NCBI RefSeq assembly: GCF_024521635.1
Contig: NW_026250439.1
Coordinates: 186,001 to 245,007 of the forward strand
DNA length: 59,007 nucleotides
Origin: Tricharina praecox
Lineage: Eukaryota
Direction of reading: 5' to 3'
The notes beneath the pieces were generated by a model. The model was not told the DNA's origin. It saw nothing but the letters and a program-made list of their open reading frames with translations, and made no database searches. Below, piece after piece: positions 49,728-59,007 of this stretch (its first letter is position 1; every line of letters begins with the position of its first letter). Both the position numbers and the translations under genes were made by a program.

Positions 49728-50237
49728 TGTAACGGCACGGTCGGGCAAGGCTCCAGGTAGCGAAGCCGGGCTGGGGGTCGGGTTCTGGGTTCGGTAGAGG
49801 CAAGACAGGTTCAGGGGACAAGTTGAGGCAGGGCTCAGTGCAGACGGCAACTGAGAACAGAGGCAGGGACAAGGACTACGGCGCAGATGGCAGCCGAGGC
49901 AAGGGCAGAGGTAACAGTGATTGAATTAACAAGTTGTTGCGCGAAGAACTAAGTACAGAGGGGCAACGGCCCGTTTATATAGGAAACCCTCCACTTCTTC
50001 TCGCAACCTGACAATAACCGTGGGCGTGTGCCAGACCCTGAGAAATCCACCTTGCCAGTACCCCACTTCCGTGACTCATACCCTGCGCAGCCGCACTACC
50101 CCTGCTTACTGCACACAGCCCCAATTCCTCCGGCTCATTCCTGCATTGCCGCCCGTGCAGCCCCTTGCACTGCCCCCGCGCTGACTTCCCACCCCTGTTC
50201 CGACTCTTCCTCGAACGTCCCGTCGCGAGCCGTGACA
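49728..50237 (-). repeat. 5' LTR of B1
   Basis: Direct repeat of 44153-44662. TATATAAA on the minus strand at about 49981-49974. Confidence 0.95.
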
Positions 50238-50290
50238 GCTATATAGAGTTCCCATACACTATGCATGTGATGGGAAAACTCTGCCGTGAA

Positions 50291-53200
50291 TGTGACACCC
50301 CGATAGGTATCGGAGGTCACTACGGTCGCAAGAGATGTGATAAGATAGTCCAGGTGATTAGAATAGAGTTGTGAGCCGAAAGGATAGTTAGAAGCGATCT
50401 AGAACAAATTAGACAGGAGAAAAGTAAACGGATTCCAGAGTCTAGACAGTGATCGGAGATGCAGGTGAGCCGGGTAACAGTCCAGAGGGCTTTGAGATCA
50501 CCGATCATAGGACCCCGCAGTAGGAACTCTGATCAAGGGAAAAACTGTTATGACGAGAGAATCAAACATCGACCTATGGGGGCGGTGACTCTCGAGCGAA
50601 GAACTCTGCCGGCGCATGAGGAAGATATTTGCTCGGGAACTCCGATCTATCTTGGGCGCGTGGTGTTTACCACCTGCGTAGTCAAGAAGACTATCTGAAG
50701 AGAGCTGACGACAACTCAAGGCTAAGCCGCGGGAAACTCTGATGCAAAGGAAGCAACGAAGCCGTATCAGGCCGCACTCTAGAGGAATCACGTACCGAGG
50801 ATCGGGACGAGTATAAACGTCGAGCTGATCGGTCAACCGATCAAAACACAATCATCGCCCCGAACAACCATCAAAGAAACACCGCTCAAGATTATTCCGT
50901 TGTGAATTAAATGAATCCCTGACTTTTATTCTATACTCGAAAATACCATAGACTGTCACGGCCCGAACTCGTTCCAATCTCACACTATAATCTTAAGGTT
51001 ACAGTCACAGATTTCTATCGAAATGTCCTCCTCAAACCTCGATAGGCTCCGCCTCGAAATTCCTCAGGCCCTGAGCAATGTGCTCGTTAGCATCCCGCAA
51101 GCATCCGAAACCGTCAAAGTACGAATACCGGCAGCCTGGCTCAGGCTGATGATCCACCAATACTAAATGGTACAAGGAGACCTGCGCCAGCATTACCAAA
51201 CATGCGATCAGAAGTTCAACGAAGAGGATTCCTGAATGCAGGATGTCAGAAGGAAGTACGAACAACTCCGTGATGGGGTCGAGCATGTGTACAACCTCTA
51301 CGCTCTAAATACCTAAATGAATACACAATGGCTGCGAACCGAGCTGTCAACCGTAGCGAACGCAACGCACGCCCCGAGCAGCGGCGTATGGGCAGTCATT
51401 CGAGAATGTAACCAGAAGGACGAAGACAACCGCCAGCTGCAAAGGGTCGCAAACGCTGGGCTACAAGACGCCATCGTGTTCCTCGAAACTGGCCAAGTTA
51501 AACAACGCAGGGAGCAAAGGGTGTACGACCGCAATGTGGAAATTTGGGCACAGAAACAGGAAGAAATGGCGGAATACCTCTACAAAGAGCAACAGCGAAT
51601 CAAGGAAAAGATCGCTTGAGTGGAGAAAAAATTGAACGCTGTAGAGGTGAGGACAGGGAAGGTGAAGGAAAAGGCCCCAGAATGGGTAAACACTACAACA
51701 AGAGGAGGATCGCGGGCAGAAAGATCTGCGACAAGGGAAATCCCGGCAGGTGCAGGAATGTCCCCTCCTCCTCCACCCCCAAGACGTCCGGTGACTAACC
51801 TTGGAGGTGATCCCTCGGATGATGAACCATCGGATGATGACGGTTCTATCCCCATGCCGCGTCGTTCGGCGCCCCGTCACCGAAACGCCCAGCTACCAAG
51901 AGAACACGGCGAAGACGACGAGTGTCGCTTCGCTGGGATCACCGCTGCTGCCGTCTCAGCATTGAACCCGAGGCCATCAAGCTTAAGATGAAAGAGGCCA
52001 AGCCGTTCGAAGGCAAGCAGAGGACAGCCTTCCGTCCATGGTGGGACTCAGTCGAAGAGCATCTTGAGTTCCACCCAGAGACCAACAGGCAGCAAAACAT
52101 AGCGTGGGTGGGATCCCGACTGGAATGTCTCCTGTGACAAAGAGAAAGCGGGACTCCCAGGATGCCGAACTCACTCGACCGAGGTCCAAGCAACACAAGG
52201 CTGCGGCGGTTGTGGTGGAGGATGAAGCAATGACGGAGGCCCCTCCATTCTGGGAGAGGAATGAGAGGGAGCCGAATGATTTTTGAGCAGCCCCAGCACT
52301 CTGCAGACTGGGCGGCCAGGTGTACATGTTTGCGGAAAGAAGAGACCACGGCCTCAGGATATCAACAGCCAATCCAGAGATAAACGAAGACGGATGGACC
52401 AACCTATTGGTACGGGTCCAACCGCGCCAAACGCCACAGGGTGTGAGCCCGCAAAACCTGTCAGCGGGCCACAATCAATGATAGAAATGATGCTCCTCTG
52501 GTCTGAGCACAAGCGACGATGGATCCCTGTACTCCTCGGGCACAGGATGTGCCACTCCGATGATCAAACGAAGCCTTGCACGACAACTTGAGTTGCCCCT
52601 CATTCTACGGCCCAAGCTAGTGGAGATCAAGGACTTCCATGGTACCATAGTGGAAGGAGCCGGGGAATATTATACAATCCCGATGCTCCTCCAACACAGG
52701 AGACACAACACCAACGAAACCTTCGAAGTGGCTCCCTTAAACAGCTATGATGCCAACCTCCCGTATTTTGAGACTGGAACGAGTTTGTGTCGTCAGAGTC
52801 TATGGTCTTCTCGAGTGTAGAATAAAAGTCAGGGATTTCGATAATTGATAACCGAATAATCTTAAGGGTGTTTCTTCGATGGTTTGTTCGGTGCGATGAT
52901 TGTGTTTTTGGTTCGGTTGCCCGCTCGGTTCGACTTATGGCCGTCCCGATCCACAGCACGTGATTGCTCTAGAGTGCGGCCTAACGTAGCTCCGTTGCTT
53001 CCTTTGCATCGGAGTTCCGCGGCCTAGCCTTGAGTCGTCGTCAGCTCTCTTCGGATACTCTTCTCGACTAGGCAGGTGGTAAACACCACGCGCCCAAGAT
53101 AGATCAGGGTTCCCGAGCAATTATCTCCCTCATGCGCCGGCAGAGTTCATCGCTCGAAGTTCTCTGCCCCCATAGGTCGATGTTCGATTCTCTCGTCATA

Positions 53201-53476
53201 ACAGTTTTTCCCTGGATCGGAGTTCCTACTGTGGGGCCCTATGAACGGAGATCTTAAAGTCCTCTGGACTGTTATCCCGATCACCCGCATCTCCGATCAC
53301 TGTCTAGACTCTGGAATCCGTTTGCTTCCTCCTTCCTATCTTGTCCTTGATCGCTTCTAACTATCCTTTCGGCTCGCAACTCTATTTCAATCACCCAAAC
53401 TATCTAAGCACCTCTCTTGCGACCGTCGTGACCTCCGATACCTACCGGGGTGTCACAGTATTAGGTGGATGGGTAA
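50291..53476 (+). mobile_element. Degenerate Ty3/Gypsy element (family A, copy A1): 5' LTR 50291-50984, broken gag, protease; interrupted
   Basis: Colinear with 55079-58305. Gag has stops and frameshifts. A ~740-bp internal deletion has its junction at 52125/52126. Confidence 0.9.
52768..53457 (-). mobile_element. Solo LTR of family A, inserted in reverse orientation inside A1
   Basis: Reverse complement of the LTR at 55079-55769. Flanked by GTATT on both sides (52763-52767, 53458-53462). The host protease sequence resumes afterwards. Confidence 0.9.
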
Positions 53477-55078
53477 TGTAACAGGACGGTCGAGCAAGGC
53501 TCTAGATAGCGAAGCCGGGCGGGGGATCAGACACTGGGTTCGGCAGAAGCAGGACAGGTTCTGAGAACAAGGCAAGGCAGAGCTCAGTGCAGACCACAAC
53601 TGAGAACCGAGGCAGGGACAGGCACTCTGCGTGCACGGCAGCCAAGGCAAGGACAGAGGTAACAGTTGTTGTATTAACAAGTTGTTGCGTGAAGAACTAA
53701 ATACAGAGGGGCAAAGGCTCGTTTATATCGAAAATCCTCCAATTCGTGCCGCAACTTGACAATGACCGTGGGCGTATGCCCGGCGCTAAGACATCCACCT
53801 TGCCAGTACCCCCGCTTGCGTGACTCATACCCTGTGCAGCCGCACCACCCCTGCTTCCTGCACACTGCCCCGATACCCTGCAACTCATTACTACGCTGTC
53901 CCTGCTCCCTGCACACAGCCCCCAATCCTCTGCGGCTCATCCTTGCACTGCCCGTGCACTGCCTCCCAACCCTCCCAATCCTTGCGCCGGCCCTCCATTG
54001 GTAATTCCGTCGCGAGCCCTGACAGTAGTTCCTCCTCAGGCTTGAGTTCCCACGAGAGTAAGTTCAACTGGTCCAACCTGCATGGAGTGTCGTCGATGGA
54101 AATCGTCCACAGATTGTACCTCGGTAAGGTTCTCCTCTAGTTCCCACGTTGGTGCCGCGTAGCCTCTCCATTGGACCAGGTACTGGAGTTTGCCCTGAGG
54201 TTCCGGCTGTCGAGAACCTCTTTAACCTCCCATTCTTCGTGGTCGTCCACTCTTACCGTAAGTGGTGGCATTGTAATTTGTCCAGAGAAAGGATCGTCAG
54301 CGGAGGCGTGAAGGAGGGATACAGCAAATGTTCAGTGCTTCTGAACGGTGTCTGGGATGTCCAATTCATAGGCCTGGGTTCTGATTGTCCGAATCACGCG
54401 TTAGGGACCATGGTGTTTGTTCTCCAGCTTGCGACTGGGTCTCTCGGTGCGCCTATTACGACCATCAACCCATACTATGTCGCCTGGTTGGAAGGCTGGC
54501 GCAGGGATTCGGTGTCGGTCGGTGCCGTCCTGTTGCCGTGCCTGGGCATACCGCATTTGACTCCGGGAGACGTCGTGGATTTGATGCAACTGTTCCGCTG
54601 TACTCTGAGCTCGATGTTCCTCCTTGGTGTGGCTTCAAATATGCAGCTCAAAGTTCCACCGTGGGTGGTATCCTAGGTTAGCGAAGAATGGGAACAGGGT
54701 AGTAGTGTCGGAGATTTCGTTGTTGCCAGCGAATCCGGCCAAGAAGAAGTAGTTGACCCAGTCATCCTGGAGGTAGCTGACGTACCCGCGGAGGTGCTGT
54801 TCCATGACGGCGATCATCCGTTCGGTTTGGCCTTCAGTCTGGGGGTGGATGGCAGTCAACAGGCGTGGCTCGATCTTGAAGCATGAGCATAGGTGCTTCC
54901 AGCATCTCCAGGCAAACTGGGGACCCCTATCCGGGACGATGGTTTCTGGCCACCCGTGGTACCTGAAGATACGGTCGCAGAACAGCTCAGCCAGTTCTTC
55001 TGAGGTGATGGATGTGGTGTGTAGCAGGAGATGGCGTTGCTTGGTCAGTCGGTCAACAAAAACACAGATGGCGTCAAA
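53477..55078 (-). mobile_element. Diverged family-B relative (B2): 3' LTR 53477-54024, PPT, decayed integrase/chromodomain; interrupted
   Basis: The LTR TGTAAC..CTGACA resembles B1. DAICVFVDRLTKQRH..PDRGPQF..RKLENKHHGP matches B1 pol but with stops. Confidence 0.9.
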
Positions 55079-55808
55079 TGTGACACCCCGATAGCTATCG
55101 AAGGACACGACGGTCGCAAGAGATGTGATTAGATAGTTCGGGTGATTAGAATACAGTTGCGAGCCGAAAGGATAGTTAGAAGCGATCGAGGACAAGATAG
55201 GAAGGAGGGAGCAAACGGATTCCAGAGTCTAGACAGTGATCGGAGATGCGGGAGATCGGGATAACAGTCCAGAGGACTTTGAGATCTCCGTTCATAGGGC
55301 CCCGCAGTAGGAACTCCGATCCAGGGAAAAACTGTTATGACGAGAGAATCGAACATCGACCGATGGGGGCAGACAACTTCGAGCGAAGAACTCTGCCGGC
55401 GCATGAGGGATATAATTGCTCGGAAACTCCGATCTATCTTGGGCGCGTGGTGTTGACCACCTGCCTAGTCGAGAAGACTATCCGAAGAGAGCTGACGGCG
55501 ACTCGAGGCTAGGCCGCGGAACTCCGATGCAAAGGAAGCAACGGAGCTACGTTAGGCCGCACTCTAGAGGAATCACGTGCTGAGGATCGGAACGACTATA
55601 AGTCGAACCGAGCAGGCAAACCGAACCAAACCACGATCATCGCACCGAACAAACCATCGAAGAAACACCCTTAAGATTATTCCGTTGTGAATTATCGAAA
55701 TCCCTGACTTTTATTCTATCCTCGATTTTACTATAGACTCCGACGACACAAACCCGTCCCAGTCTCACACTATAATCTTGAAGGTTACAGTCACCGATTT
55801 CTATCGAA

Positions 55809-57812
55809 ATGTCCTCCTCAAACCTCGAGATGCTCCGCCTCGAACTTCCTCAGACCCTAAGCAATGCGCTCGTTAGCATTCCGCAAGCATCCGAAACTGT
55901 CGAAGTACGAAACCCAGCAGCTTGGCTCAGGCTGATGAACCACCAATACCAAACGGCACAAAGAGACCTGCGCCAACTTTACCAAGCATGCGATCAGAAG
56001 TTCAACGAAGAAGACTCCAGAATGCAGGAAATCAGAAGGAACTACGAACAACTCTGCGATGGGGTCAAGTATGTGTACAACCTCTACGCTCACAATGCCG
56101 AAATGAATACAGAATGGCTTCGAACCGAGCTGTCAACGGTAGCGAACGCAACGCACGCCCTGAGCAGCGACGTATGGGCAGTTATTCGAGAACGTAACCA
56201 GAAAGATGAAGACAACCGCGAGTTGCAAAGCGTCGCAAACGCTCGGCTACAAGACGCCATCGTGTTCCTCGAAACGGCGCAAGTCGAACAACGCAGGGAG
56301 CAAGCGGTGTACAACCGCAACGTGGAAATTTGGGCAGGGAAACAGGAAGAGAAGGCAGAGTACCTCTACAAGGAGCAACAGCGAATCTAGGAAAAAATCG
56401 CTCGAGCGGAGAAAAAATTGAAGGCTGTAGAGGTAAGGACAGGGAAGGCGAAGGAAAAGGCCCCAGAGTGGGTAAACACCACCCCAAGAGGAGGATCGCG
56501 GGCAGAAAGGTCAGCAACAAGGGAAACTCCGGCAGGTGCAGGAATGTCCCCTCCTCCTCCACCCCCAAGACGTCCGGTGACTAACCTTGGAGGTGATCCC
56601 TCGGATGAGGAACCATCGGATGATGACGATTCCATCCCCTTGCCGCGTCGTTCGCCGCCCCGTCACCGACACGCTCCGCTACCAAGAGAAGACGACGAAG
56701 ACGAAGAGAGTCGCTTCGCTCGGATCATCGCTGCTGCCGTCTCCGCATCGAACCCGAGGGCCATCAAGCTTAAAATGAAAGAGCCCAAGCCGTTCGATGG
56801 CAAGCAAAGAACAGCCTTCCGTCCATGGTGGGACTCAGTTGAAGAATATCTTGAGTTCCACCCAGAGACAAACGAGCAGCAGAAGATAGCGTGGGTGGGA
56901 TCCCGACTGGAAGGGACAGCGGCAGAATGGCATCAGGCCCGTCGAAAAAGCCTGAGGCAGCTACACTTGGAAGATACCTGGCAGGCGTACCAAGAGGCAC
57001 TCAAGGAGGCGTACCGCGACACGCAGGAAGGAGCGAACGCATTAAGAAGGATGTGGGCCCTCGAATACAAAGGAGACATTCAGGCTTACATGACCTCCTT
57101 CCGATCGCTCAACATGATCGCTCGCGCCACCGGCGAACCGCTACAAGACATAGTCAACCAGGCCATGACTACCGACATCGTTGATATGTGCTTCAACCAG
57201 CACACCGAACCCTACGAAGACGATGAAGACTTCCTGGAAACGGTGCTCAGGGCTGGCAACCATGTGGAACGACGGGACGCGCTGAAAAAGGCAAGGGCAA
57301 TGAGGAAAGGGGGATCGGGTAGCCAGGGTTCCGGCGGCGACCGGAAGGGACCTGGCAACGGCCGGCAGGGCCAAGGAAAGGGAAGAGACCCCGGGGGCCG
57401 CAAGGAAAGCGGGGAGTCCCCGGAGGGCCGAAAGGCCAAGGAAGCAACAGGAGTCAGGAAGGGAAGGACAAGGGAAGGGGACATCTACGCAGGAGCAAAG
57501 GAGGCTCTGGTAGGGGTTCCCCAGAAGGAGATCGATGCCCACAAAGCATCCAAGTGCGACTGTTGGCGTTGCGGACGAGACGGCCACCGAACCTTCCAAT
57601 GCTACGCCAGAAAAACAGTCGCGGGTACCGAACTCCCCGAGAGTCCAAAGGTGTCATCCGTGACAAAGAGAAAGCGGGACACCCAGGATGCCGAACCCAC
57701 TCGACCGAGGTCCAAGCAACACAAGGCTGCGGCGGTTGTGGTGGAGGATGAAGCAATGACGGAGGCCCCTCCATTCTGGGAAAGGAATGAGAGTGAGCCG
57801 GAGGATTTTTGA
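55809..57812 (+). pseudogene. gag: Long Gag (~667 codons) with one in-frame TAG at 56388-56390
   Basis: ORFs 55809-56390 and 56418-57812 share a frame, and A1 has AAG at this codon. Capsid motif EPKPFDG..W. Knuckle CWRCGRDGHRTFQC. Confidence 0.88.
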
Positions 57813-59007
57813 GCGGCCCCAGCACTCCGCAGACTGGACGGCCAAGTGTATATGTTTGCGGAACGAAGAGACCACGGCCTCAGGATATCGACAGTGAATC
57901 CAGAGATAAGCGAAGACGAACGGACCAACCTATTTCTACGAGTCCAACCGCGCCGAGCGCCTCAGGGTGTGAGCCCCCAAAACCTGTCAGCGGACCACGA
58001 CCAATCATAGAAATGATGCTCCTCTGGTCTGAGCACAAGCGACGACGGATCCGAGTACTCCTTGACACAGGATGTGCCATTCCGATCATCAAACGAAGCC
58101 TTGCACGAGAACTTGGATTGCCCCTCATTCAACGACCCAAGCCGGTGGAAATCAAGGACTTCCACGGAAACATAGTGAAAGGATCCGGGGAATATTATAC
58201 AATGCCGATGCTCCTTCAACACCGGAGCCACTACACCAACGAAACCTTCGAAGTGGCTCCCTTGGACGACTGCGATGCCTACCTCCCGTATTGGTGGATG
58301 GCTAAGCATGAACCGACAGGGTTGTGGAAGAATGAAGCACAGAAAATTCGCTTCACCAGCACCCGATGCAAGGAACAATGCACCTTGCAACAAGCAACCA
58401 GCTTTCCGATGGAACTTGACACGTCTGTCATTCACAATTCGGAGGCTCGCATTATTGGATACGTCTCAGCTGGGCTGGAATCAGATCCACCCATGAATCT
58501 GCTTCCGGAGAAGTTCAGACGATATGCCAACATCATGAGCAAGGAAGCAGCCGATAAGCTTCCCGACCACAAGTCCTACGACCACGCAATCGATCTCAAG
58601 GAAGGAGAGACTCCTCCATGGGGTCCTATCTATGCCCTGTCAGAGAAAGAACTTGAGGCCCTCAGGGAGTGGCTCAAGGAGATGCTCCAGACAGGCAAGA
58701 TTCGAAGATCCAAATCACCAGCCGGGGCGCCGATATTATTTGTACCAAAGGCGCACGGCAGGGGTCTCCGATTGTGTGTCGACTATCGCGGTATCAACAA
58801 GATTACCGTAGCCAATCGCTACCCACTCCCGATCATGGCAGAGTTGCAAGACAGAGTCAGGGGTGCGAAAGTCTTCACCAAGATTGATCTGAAGAATGGC
58901 TATCACCTTATCCGCATCAAGGAAGGTGACGAGTGGAAGACGGCTTTCCGCTGTCGATACGGACTGTTTGAGTTTTTGGTCAAGCCGTTTGGGCTGACCA
59001 ACGCTCC
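57803..59007 (+). CDS. pol: Pol N-terminal part (protease + start of RT), -1 frame, partial
   Basis: The frame appears open to the window end. VLLDTGC (protease); [30 protein letters not shown] and PFGLTNA (RT). Confidence 0.92.

Larger units (their letters stand above)
44153..50237 (-). mobile_element. Full-length Ty3/Gypsy chromovirus LTR retrotransposon (family B, copy B1)
   Basis: Two 510-bp TG..CA LTRs. 5-bp TSD GCTAT at 44148-44152 and 50238-50242. PPT AGGAGGGG next to the 3' LTR. Intact gag and pol. Confidence 0.97.
55079..59007 (+). mobile_element. Ty3/Gypsy element (family A, copy A2), running off the window; 5' LTR 55079-55769
   Basis: LTR TGTGA...TCACA followed by gag and pol. 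Inserted into the B2 integrase after TCAAA. Confidence 0.93.

Noticed and set aside
50291..53457. DIRS-like or TIR element with ~690-bp inverted terminal repeats
   Set aside because: The inverted copy is a solo LTR with its own GTATT TSD inside the protease region, and no tyrosine recombinase is seen.
1..59007. Starship captain, rRNA, tRNA or HET-s-type amyloid motif
   Set aside because: None recognisable by eye. tRNAscan, Infernal and HMM scans would be needed to exclude them formally.

Overview
Eukaryotic DNA from a filamentous ascomycete, with GT-AG introns and CTRAC branch points; a Pezizales affinity is a guess from gene style. The window has three zones. (1) About 1-25 kb is a fast-evolving accessory region. 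It holds two paralogous secreted Cys-rich proteins (one intact, one pseudogene) and two paralogous HeLo-like/fungal N-terminal-domain genes with different C-termini (ankyrin repeats vs a possible SH3 remnant), both broken. It also has a Copia gag relic, a possible hAT relic, several tandem repeats and a non-coding motif repeated three times. (2) About 26-42.5 kb holds conserved genes: ENT3-like epsin, tricalbin, and a head-to-head GT34 glycosyltransferase / nucleotide-sugar transporter pair. (3) About 43.6-59 kb is a nest of Ty3/Gypsy retrotransposons from two families. One element is complete, with 510-bp LTRs, a GCTAT target duplication and intact gag and pol. The others are nested in a recoverable order. 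Both families show LTR-complementary (self-priming) PBS sequences and -1 frameshift signals. All coordinates, alignments and domain calls were made by eye, without database searches.
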